DNA of 64,000 nt from Chitinophagaceae bacterium UBA1946. GTDB lineage: Bacteria > Bacteroidota > Bacteroidia > Chitinophagales > Chitinophagaceae. The position numbers were made by a program, and so were the translations under genes. Below the pieces are notes generated by a model. That model had not been told where the DNA came from and ran no database searches. It was given only the letters and a program-made list of their open reading frames with translations. Below are positions 19,361-27,909 of this stretch, piece after piece (position 1 is the stretch's first letter; each line of letters starts with the position of its first letter). Location: NCBI GenBank assembly GCA_002336815.1, contig DDEU01000078.1, forward strand, positions 11,474 through 75,473, written 5' to 3'.

Positions 19361-20380
19361 ATGATAGATGCAGTTTCAAAAAAAATAGTGTATTCCGTGT
19401 TAGACCTTGCGACTGTCCTGGAAGGCAATACTGCGGCCGACAGTTTTCACAATAGCCTGCGGTTGGCAAGGCAGGCTGAGGCCCAGGGCTATACCCGTTA
19501 CTGGTTTGCCGAGCATCATAATATGCCCGGTGTAGCAAGTTCCGCCACTGCCGTATTGATAGGGTACATTGCAGGCGGCACCAGCAGCATCCGGGTAGGG
19601 TCGGGAGGTATCATGCTGCCCAATCATGCACCGCTGGTTATAGCAGAGCAGTTCGGTACCCTGGCATCACTTTATCCCGGCCGCATTGATCTGGGGCTTG
19701 GCAGGGCTCCCGGCACCGACCAGTTAACAGCCCTTGAGATACGAGGTGCCAACTTTGGAGCAGAACATAATTTTCCGAGAGACATTCAAAAACTACAGGC
19801 TTTTTTTTCGGCAGAGAACAGCACCGCAAAGGTGAGGGCCATTCCAGGCGAAGGGCTGGATATCCCTTTGTGGGTATTGGGTTCCAGTACAGACAGTGCC
19901 ATGGTAGCGGCGGCGATGGGATTGCCCTATGCTTTTGCCAGCCATTTTGCACCTGCTCAATTTATGAATGCCATTCATTTATACCGGCAAAATTTCCGCC
20001 CTTCTCAAACATTAAAAGCGCCCTACGTGATGGCCTGCGTAAATGTGGTTGCCGCTGATACAGCTGCGGAAGCTACCAAACTGGCCACCTCCGTGCAGCA
20101 ATTATTTTTGGGTATAGTGAGTGGCAGAAGAAAATTATTACAGCCGCCTGTTGATGATATGAGTACGATCTGGACGGAAGAGCAGGCGTTTCAGGTAAAA
20201 CAAATGCTGGCATATTCTTTTATCGGCAGCAGGGAAACTATTACAAATAACCTGCAACGGTTTTTGGAAACGACGCAGGTAAATGAGATCATGGCAACTT
20301 CGCATATTTATAACCAGGATGCAAGACTCCATTCTTACCAATGCTTTGCAGAAATAATGCAGGGCTTCCAGGCGTCTTAG
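19361..20380 (+). CDS. LLM-class flavin-dependent oxidoreductase (luciferase-like, YhbW type)
   Basis: [49 protein letters not shown]. Confidence 0.93.
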   Translation: MIDAVSKKIVYSVLDLATVLEGNTAADSFHNSLRLARQAEAQGYTRYWFAEHHNMPGVASSATAVLIGYIAGGTSSIRVGSGGIMLPNHAPLVIAEQFGTLASLYPGRIDLGLGRAPGTDQLTALEIRGANFGAEHNFPRDIQKLQAFFSAENSTAKVRAIPGEGLDIPLWVLGSSTDSAMVAAAMGLPYAFASHFAPAQFMNAIHLYRQNFRPSQTLKAPYVMACVNVVAADTAAEATKLATSVQQLFLGIVSGRRKLLQPPVDDMSTIWTEEQAFQVKQMLAYSFIGSRETITNNLQRFLETTQVNEIMATSHIYNQDARLHSYQCFAEIMQGFQAS

Positions 20381-20743
20381 CTGGATGTTCTTCAACATCA
20401 CTCAAACGGCTAACAATAGGGTGGAGATGTTGTGTGAAGAAAAGATACTGTAAATACAATTCAACCCAGGCAACGCAAGGTACTTACCATCAAATGGCTT
20501 AAAAGCATAGAAACACACACGAACAACCTAAAAAAAATGTGCAGTGGAAAAAATGTTTTCTGCTGCATGAATCGCTGTACAGAAATAACTAAACGCCTGC
20601 TATACACATTGGGCTCTAAATAATGTTGCATTTAACTTCGGCAAAAAAGGAAAAAACGGCCGATTACTATACAGAAATGGAGGCCTGAAAGGGTAAGCTT
20701 TATTTCTTAACTTAAGTGAACGGCTTATGGCATTCCGCAAATC

Positions 20744-20751
20744 TACCTTTG
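20744..20751 (+). promoter_or_regulatory. Bacteroidota -7 promoter box TACCTTTG
   Basis: Matches TAnnTTTG 31 nt upstream of ATG 20783. Confidence 0.5.
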
Positions 20752-20782
20752 CAGTATAATATAAAAATTAGTAGTATAGATT

Positions 20783-21406
20783 ATGCAAAAGAGAATTTTA
20801 TGGATCGCCCTATCCTTAATGATGGCAGGTACGCAACATGTGAATGCTCAATATGGCAAGCAGGACAGCACTTACAAAAAGTTTTTTGCAGGCAGCACCT
20901 TATTTATGCTGGCTGATTTAATACCTGATAATAATAAGCCTGAGATGGTTTACCTCACCTTTGGTTACCGTATTACGGGAAAGGATGTAATATCACTTGA
21001 ACTAAAAACCTGGAAATATGCCTGGCCAATTGGCATTCCTTACGGAAAATCATATGAAGCGGAAGGAGAAGGGTTTCCGGGTTATATTCGTGAATACGGG
21101 TTTTCACTTGCTTATTACAGGTTTTTATGGAAAGGTCTTTTTGCCCAGGTTGATGTGATGCCTGCCTGGCAAACTTTTGTAAATAATAACGGTAAAAAGA
21201 TCGGTAATGGCTTTCAAATCTTTAACACTTATTCCATTGGCTATCACATTAAACTTTTCAAGGATAGGTTTTTTATTCAGCCTTCGATAGCAATAACGCA
21301 TCGTCCCTATCAATCAAAAATGCCGGATTCGTTTAAACAGGTTGACGACAGGTGGCCAAGATTTTTTTACGGGCAACCAGGCTTGCATTTTGGATATAAC
21401 TTTTAA
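20783..21406 (+). CDS. Hypothetical small outer-membrane beta-barrel protein
   Basis: Signal peptide, amphipathic aromatic strands, C-terminal GLHFGYNF. Confidence 0.75.
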   Translation: MQKRILWIALSLMMAGTQHVNAQYGKQDSTYKKFFAGSTLFMLADLIPDNNKPEMVYLTFGYRITGKDVISLELKTWKYAWPIGIPYGKSYEAEGEGFPGYIREYGFSLAYYRFLWKGLFAQVDVMPAWQTFVNNNGKKIGNGFQIFNTYSIGYHIKLFKDRFFIQPSIAITHRPYQSKMPDSFKQVDDRWPRFFYGQPGLHFGYNF

Positions 21407-21479
21407 ACCTGCTATCCGGTATAGCTAAGTAATAAGGGCCTCATTCAGGCACCTGCGCCGGTGGACTACATTAATTAAT

Positions 21480-22340
21480 CTATAAACTTCCATATTTGTT
21501 TGCCCACCGTACTATTTCGGTATAGATCTTTTTGCGGCCTTCAGGCGTATTAAATCCCACATCATGACCGGCTCCCGGCATGGGAACAAACTTGTATGTA
21601 TATCCCTTACTTTTCAATGCAGTTTCGAGTTGCAATGCCTGGTTATACGGCACTGTTAGGTCATCAGTGCCATGAAAGAAAAGGGTAGGAATATTTTTTA
21701 CATGGTACACGGGACTGGCGCCAATAAATGCAGCACCGGGCAGCTGCGAAGGAATATATGTTGCACCCACCATTTTCGAGATCACCCGGATGGCATTGGG
21801 ATCTTTGCTGAAATAATTCAGGAGGTTGGTATCTGCCACATTGGTTGGCGCACATTCAGCAATGATCGCACTGATGCTGTTGCTGCTGGTATAGCCATAC
21901 AGCAAAGCAAGATGGGCGCCGGCACTTTCTCCGTTCATGATAAAATTGGTTTTACGGGTATGCCATTCGTCAGCATGCGCTGCGCAGTAAATGATCACAC
22001 TGTCGATATCTTTCAGCAGGTCTTTGTAGTGAGTGGTTCTGTCATCAGCATAACGGTAATCAATGTTTGCAGAAGCTATCCCATGCGCTGCCAGGCTATC
22101 CTGTGTCCGCATGCCCCAATCCCGGTGACCGAGGGTCCAGGCACCTCCATGCAGGATGATCACAAAGGGCGTGTGTGCGTTGCGGCCGGCTGGCAAAAAC
22201 ACATCCATCCTGCTGCTGGCAAAAGAGCCATATGCAAGGTCTGTCAATTTTTGTGCTGGAAGAGCGGCCGCTTTTTTTTGTGCATGGCCATAGGCGAACA
22301 GCAACATTGTAGCGCAAACTATAAGGAATGATCTTTTCAT
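21480..22340 (-). CDS. Secreted alpha/beta hydrolase (HSL/BD-FAE-like esterase)
   Basis: HGGAW, GESAG nucleophile, HGTDDLTV, GAGH. Likely start MKRSFLIV at 22340 (ORF track 22382). Confidence 0.9.
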   Translation of the reverse strand: MKRSFLIVCATMLLFAYGHAQKKAAALPAQKLTDLAYGSFASSRMDVFLPAGRNAHTPFVIILHGGAWTLGHRDWGMRTQDSLAAHGIASANIDYRYADDRTTHYKDLLKDIDSVIIYCAAHADEWHTRKTNFIMNGESAGAHLALLYGYTSSNSISAIIAECAPTNVADTNLLNYFSKDPNAIRVISKMVGATYIPSQLPGAAFIGASPVYHVKNIPTLFFHGTDDLTVPYNQALQLETALKSKGYTYKFVPMPGAGHDVGFNTPEGRKKIYTEIVRWANKYGSL

Positions 22341-22585
22341 AAAGTGTAATTTAATCATTCCCGGTGGCTGAATTTCTTTCATGCAAAAAAATCTCTATCC
22401 CTTAATTAATGCAAACTACGTCTCCCTCTGTAGTTGGCATATCACAAAAAACAACAAGTTGTGCCTGCTGTTGTTTAATACTATTTACCAGGAAAATCAT
22501 CTTTTCTATTTATTTTATTATCAGAAAAACGGGTAGCTTTAGCAACTACAGTAAACACGATTTTTTAATAAAGCCTTAAACCAAC

Positions 22586-23875
22586 ATGAAAAAACTATCG
22601 CTTGCAACGCTTATTTTTTTATCCGCAAAAATTTACGGACAATCTTCTTTGCTGGACGGCTACTATGTGAATTTATCTGCCGACACGGTAAAGTGTAAGA
22701 TCTATTTTAAAGACTGGAATCACAACCCGGAAAAAATTACTATCGTGGAGGGAAGTGGTAAGAAGGAGATGGGTTTTACTGATATGACAGCATTTGGCAT
22801 TTCCGGAACCGGTGATTTCGTAAAGAAAACAGTGAGTATACATACCAACCCAATCGATGGTTTTTTGCCTAACAAATATTCTGACCAGGTTGTAGAAACA
22901 ACGGTGTTTTTAAAAAAACTGGTGGATGGTCCTTATAGTTTGTATGAACTCAATACCAAAAGACTCTATTTTTTTATGCAACAGCCAGGCGGTGAGATAC
23001 AGGAATTGGTCTACAGAAGGAAGCAAACCGAAACACAATTTGTAGAGGATGAACAATATAAGAACCTGCTGATCTTGTTGGTTAACCAACAGGGATTGCC
23101 GGGTTGGGCTGTAAGCAAAGCAAATGATCTTACTTATGAGAGCGGTCGTTTAACAGAAATGATCAACCTGCTGAATGGCATTGGTAAAACAACGGCGAAA
23201 AAAGCGGGTGGCAGGGAAGCTGTTTCTCTTGAAGTTTTTGCCGGTGGCTTATTGTACCTGTTCCCATCCCAGGTACAGGATGTGAAGGATAAAATGTTAC
23301 GGCTTAAATCGGCAGTCGCTCCGTCAATCGGCTTAGCTTTTACATATCTATTTCCGTCGCGGTTTAACCGTTTGGGAGTTACCTTTTCCCTTGGGTACAG
23401 CAGTTTTAAAAGCGTTTCTTCAAAAACTGATACAGCCAGCACTTTTGTGAGTACTAACTGGCATTATAATACCAATTATCATGAAGAATTTACGATTAAA
23501 GGGTCTTACCTTAGACCAGCGATTGCTGCGATGTACGTACTTAACCCTCTCTCTAAAACCACTTTTTATGTAAAGGCAGGCCTACTATATAATCTTCCGC
23601 TAAAGGAAGCGGGGGTAATGATAGATTATGCTGGCACAACTACGGGAGTACAGAACGGAAACCCGGTATCTTTTGCTGAAAATTTCAGCGATTCTTATAT
23701 CTATTTGAGTGCAGGATGGATAAATCTCAGTGCTGGTGCCGGCATCAGAATGGGCAGGCACCGGCTTGAAGCGGAGTATGCTTTGCCGACAAACTTGTCT
23801 AACAATTTAAGTAAGAATACCACATTTTCTATTGGATCATTCGGCATCAGTTATAAACTGAATTTGTTGAAGTAA
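22586..23875 (+). CDS. Hypothetical outer-membrane protein (N-terminal soluble domain + C-terminal beta-barrel)
   Basis: Signal peptide; GYYV...DTVKC.I, FLKKLVDG..SLY; alternating beta-strands ending GISYKL. Confidence 0.7.
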   Translation: MKKLSLATLIFLSAKIYGQSSLLDGYYVNLSADTVKCKIYFKDWNHNPEKITIVEGSGKKEMGFTDMTAFGISGTGDFVKKTVSIHTNPIDGFLPNKYSDQVVETTVFLKKLVDGPYSLYELNTKRLYFFMQQPGGEIQELVYRRKQTETQFVEDEQYKNLLILLVNQQGLPGWAVSKANDLTYESGRLTEMINLLNGIGKTTAKKAGGREAVSLEVFAGGLLYLFPSQVQDVKDKMLRLKSAVAPSIGLAFTYLFPSRFNRLGVTFSLGYSSFKSVSSKTDTASTFVSTNWHYNTNYHEEFTIKGSYLRPAIAAMYVLNPLSKTTFYVKAGLLYNLPLKEAGVMIDYAGTTTGVQNGNPVSFAENFSDSYIYLSAGWINLSAGAGIRMGRHRLEAEYALPTNLSNNLSKNTTFSIGSFGISYKLNLLK

Positions 23876-24109
23876 GCTCAAAAAATGGAACCTGCCTAAC
23901 CCCTGCATTTATGACGACAACCGGGATGAAAGTCACATTTTCTCCTTTTAAAACAATTTGTTTACATCAGTATCAGTAAGGATATCTGTCATTTATTTTT
24001 GAACCGAAGTACAGTAAAAGCGTTAAAAAAACCTGCCTGCCAATTTTTATAATTGTACAAATTAAAGTATTTTTAATAGTGTGTTTTTTTTCGTGTTCAA
24101 ATAAGTGTC

Positions 24110-25183
24110 ATGAAATATTTAATTATGTTGCCTGCCATTTTAGCCAGCACCTGTTTTGCAGTTGCTCAAAATGTAGGTGTGGGTACCAACTTTCCTTCGG
24201 CGAAACTTGAAGTGAAAGATTCTGGCCGTACTGTTTTGAAAGTTAGTTCTGCTAACTTTAATGATACCAGCCTTCTTATTATGAGTAACAGGGTTGGTGG
24301 AACTGGTACCGACTTTTTAATATCGGCAAGGCAGGAAAGCGGATTGTATTTTTCTACCAATTCAGATTACACACCTTTTATTAATGATTCTCTGTTTACC
24401 ATGCTTCGCAGCGGAAGTATAGGAATCGGCACAAAAAAGCCATTGGCCCCGCTGCACATTAACAGTAATATAAGTCACGTACTTCGGATAGAGGGTAATC
24501 ATCCTTATCTTAGTCTTTATGATGTAAATGATGGGTACCGCGGCTATCTTTGGTACCCCGGTAACAGTATTCAGTTGGGTTCGTCTGCCGTTTCCGCCCT
24601 GCCGGTTACCATTGCACCGGCACTTGCGTTTAATACAGCATTTTTGCCTAATGGGAATGTTGGAATTGGCATAATATCTCCCGTCCATAAACTTGATGTG
24701 GCAGGTGATATTAATGCGACCGCCTACCGGTTTAATACCCCAAAAACTTATTACTATTCGGTAGGTTATTGGGATTTTGTAGGTCGCAATAATACTGTTA
24801 ACATCGGCCGGCGGGAAACGAGCAGCACTATCGGTTGGGGAGCTTATATTGAATCCGGTGACCCCAAAGGATTTAATGCGGTTATTCACCTGCCGCACGG
24901 TGCGGTTGTTACCAAAATGAGTACACATTATTTTGATCAATCCAGTACTTCCAGTTTACGGATAAACCTTCGCCGTAATACTTCTGATGATATAATGTGT
25001 TCTGCCGTTACTGTAGATGGTGGAGCAGTGGCAGACAACACAATTATCAACAATGCAACAATCGACAACTCTGAAAATTTTTACTCCATCGATGTGGATG
25101 TGATAGGGGCAGCCTTGCCTTCACCAGCTTCTGCGCTCATGATAAGGCATATTATCATCGAATATACACTGACTTCTCTTTAG
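24110..25183 (+). CDS. Secreted hypothetical protein with GNVGIG fibre-like repeats
   Basis: QNVGVGT, GSIGIGT..P, GNVGIG..P.HKLDV.G; N-terminal block similar to 15442-16376; C-terminal HLPHGAVVT domain. Confidence 0.8.
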   Translation: MKYLIMLPAILASTCFAVAQNVGVGTNFPSAKLEVKDSGRTVLKVSSANFNDTSLLIMSNRVGGTGTDFLISARQESGLYFSTNSDYTPFINDSLFTMLRSGSIGIGTKKPLAPLHINSNISHVLRIEGNHPYLSLYDVNDGYRGYLWYPGNSIQLGSSAVSALPVTIAPALAFNTAFLPNGNVGIGIISPVHKLDVAGDINATAYRFNTPKTYYYSVGYWDFVGRNNTVNIGRRETSSTIGWGAYIESGDPKGFNAVIHLPHGAVVTKMSTHYFDQSSTSSLRINLRRNTSDDIMCSAVTVDGGAVADNTIINNATIDNSENFYSIDVDVIGAALPSPASALMIRHIIIEYTLTSL

Positions 25184-25361
25184 AAATGAACTTTACGGAA
25201 TGGTAATGCTACTGCATAATTAAAACTGCAAAGCGGCTTACCGTTGTGTACAAAAATCAGCACTATTCCTCAATTTCTTTTGCTTGCTCCACGAAATCAA
25301 GGCAGCAAAAATTTGCATAGCCTTTGTTGCTTTCTTTCTTTTAATGATCAAAATAACAGAT

Positions 25362-25722
25362 ATGGAAACAAAAGAAATTGCCCAGAAATTAGCAAACTAT
25401 TGCCGCAATGCTGAATTTGAAAAAGCCCAGGATGAATTGTATGGGGATGATGTTGTCAGCATTGAACCCGAAGCAATGGGCGGTTATGAAAAAGAAACTG
25501 CCGGAAAAAAAAGAAGTGCGTGAAAAGATCGGCAAATGGATGTCGACCGTAGAGGAACTGCATAGTACTGAAGTATCAGAACCTTTGTTTGCAGGCAATT
25601 CATTCGCCCTGGTAATGGAGATGGACATTACAATGAAAGGAAAAGGGCGATCAAAGATGGCCGAACTATGCGTTTACACAGTTAAAGATGGTAAGATCGT
25701 GGCAGAACAATTTTTTGTTTGA
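25362..25722 (+). pseudogene. SnoaL-like (NTF2-fold) protein split by one extra A in an A8 run at 25505-25512
   Basis: METKEIAQKL...EKETAGKK joins EVREKIGKW...ELCVYTVKDGKIVAEQFFV if one A is removed; intact paralogue at 42302-42658. Confidence 0.85.
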
Positions 25723-25917
25723 TCATAACAAGCATGGATGTAGATATACAATCAATGTGATTGCAGGAGTTGTTATAAGAATACAGGTCTTTATTATATG
25801 ATTTGAGTCCATGTTGATATTGAAGAGGCAGCAAATTTCAAAATGAGGATAACTAAAGATGCAGTTATTTAATATTGATTCTTAACTACTATAACTTTAG
25901 TAAACAATCCCCGCAGC

Positions 25918-27480
25918 ATGAAAAAACATATCTCATCAACAATACTCTTACTTGGTTTTTTTATCAACACGCATTCACAAACACTTGAATTGGTAAAGGA
26001 GATCAGCACAGGGTTTGGTAGTTCCAATCCTTATAATTTTACGGCTGCTGCCAATAAATTATTTTTTGTTGCAAAAGATGATGCCAATCAATTCAACCTG
26101 TATGTTACGGAAGGTACTGCAGCGACTACCCAATTGCTGGTAGGCCCTCCGGCAATACAGAACGGAACCGTCTACAGCATGATAGCATATAACAACAAAT
26201 TGTTTTTTACCTGCAGTGATGGTGTGAACGGGCAGGAACTTTGGGTAAGTGATGGCACAGTTGCCGGTACCCTATTGTTTAAAGACCTGTACCCGGGCGT
26301 TACAGGTTCTTATCCTTCCGCATTTACGGTGGCCAATGGCAAGTTGTTTTTTATGGGCAATGGGCTAGATGGCGAAAGAAGATTGTATGTATCTGATGGA
26401 ACCCCGGCCGGCACTTTTATTATTCAAAATCGTGGTATCAATGTATTCAATGGCTTCAACAACTTTGCTGTGCTGAACAACGAGATATATTTTATTGGAG
26501 ACGGAGCCCCGCTATATGGTTACGGTTTGTGGAAAAGCGATGGCACCGCAGCCGGAACAATTTTGGTAAAAGCCGGAGGTTTTAGCCCCGGAGTATTGGG
26601 CAGTAATTATGCAGTGTTGAATAATAAAATGTATTTCAGTGGCTTTGATGATATTCATGGCAGTGAACTTTGGGTAACCGATGGCACTGAAGCAGGAACA
26701 CAGATGGTAATCAATATGCGTGCAGATGTCGGAGGTATTTTGTACAGCGGGAGCCCGATGGCACTAACCACATACAACAGCAAAATTTATTTTTCCGCGG
26801 CAGATGATACGCATGGCCAGGAATTGTTCATGACAGATGGTACCGCAGGAGGTACTCAACTGGTAAAAGATATGCGGCCCGGCCCAGATCCGGGCGTGCC
26901 TTATGAGATGGTGATATACAATGGTCTTTTGTATATATTGAACTCTTATAACAGGGAAATGTGGAAGAGTGATGGAACCACTGCCGGCACACAACTGGTT
27001 GCCATGGCACCGGAAATGGCCCGGTTCGGAGCCGTGTGGAATAACCGTATTTATATAATCTCTAACAGCAATCAATATCTCTGGCAAAGCGACGGTGTAG
27101 CTTCAACCATTGGCTATGCCACTGCAACCAATACCACTGCTTTGATAGGGATCAATGCAACCGACCAAACCCTTACATTTTATAATGATGCACTTTACTT
27201 TGGTGGAAGCAGTACAGTTATTTCTCCCAGTACAGAGCCACTCAAACTGGTAGCTCCTGCTATTGTTACAAGCTTTTCGTTTACCGGTAATGGAAACTGG
27301 AGCAACCCTGCTAACTGGGCAGGGGGCCTGGTACCACCGTCCACATTACCTTCCGGTTATACCGTAGTGATCAACGGTAACTGTATTCTTGATATCGCAG
27401 TACATGCACAGCCGGGTTCTTCTATTACGGTAGCTTCCGGTAAAAGTTTGGTAATCGCAGGTTCGCTAACCATCCAATAA
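25918..27480 (+). CDS. ELWxxDGT repeat (beta-propeller) secreted protein with Trp-rich C-terminal module
   Basis: Repeated (E)LW(V/K)(S/T)DGT.AGT motifs; signal peptide; ends FTGNGNWSNPANW...LTIQ with no T9SS type A CTD. Confidence 0.9.
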   Translation: MKKHISSTILLLGFFINTHSQTLELVKEISTGFGSSNPYNFTAAANKLFFVAKDDANQFNLYVTEGTAATTQLLVGPPAIQNGTVYSMIAYNNKLFFTCSDGVNGQELWVSDGTVAGTLLFKDLYPGVTGSYPSAFTVANGKLFFMGNGLDGERRLYVSDGTPAGTFIIQNRGINVFNGFNNFAVLNNEIYFIGDGAPLYGYGLWKSDGTAAGTILVKAGGFSPGVLGSNYAVLNNKMYFSGFDDIHGSELWVTDGTEAGTQMVINMRADVGGILYSGSPMALTTYNSKIYFSAADDTHGQELFMTDGTAGGTQLVKDMRPGPDPGVPYEMVIYNGLLYILNSYNREMWKSDGTTAGTQLVAMAPEMARFGAVWNNRIYIISNSNQYLWQSDGVASTIGYATATNTTALIGINATDQTLTFYNDALYFGGSSTVISPSTEPLKLVAPAIVTSFSFTGNGNWSNPANWAGGLVPPSTLPSGYTVVINGNCILDIAVHAQPGSSITVASGKSLVIAGSLTIQ

Positions 27481-27909
27481 CTTTTTAAGTGTTACCTGTG
27501 TGAGTATTTTCAAAAGCTGTTATCTAATTCTTTTATCCGTTGTTTTGAACGGGTGTCTTCATATAACTTTTCCTGCAGACAAAATAGCGAAGCCGTAACG
27601 CTTATCAATTACGTAAAGAAGGTTATACCTGCGCTCAGTAACGGGTACAGATCATTCCCTTACCATCTTACAATGCCGGTAACCCTGCAATCAGTTATCA
27701 ACCCGGATGCCTCGCCTGTCAAATGATCTTTAGAAAAAAAGTTCACCGAACTACTTTTATGCTGACATGTTTTTTGTATTGCGTCGATATTGGCGGCTGG
27801 CTATGCCCATACCAAAGCTACACCTCTTGGGTTTAAGTTATCAGCGCAGTCATCTTATTGCCTGCAGAAGAAAATCACTTATTATTGCAACCATTTTAAA
27901 CTAACACCG

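Noticed and set aside
15442-25183. Prophage tail-fibre remnants
   Set aside because: The GNVGIG-repeat proteins carry Sec signal peptides, and no capsid, terminase, integrase or other phage genes are present
25503-25515. Programmed -1 ribosomal frameshift at the A-rich slippery site
   Set aside because: Restoring the protein requires skipping one base (+1), not a -1 shift
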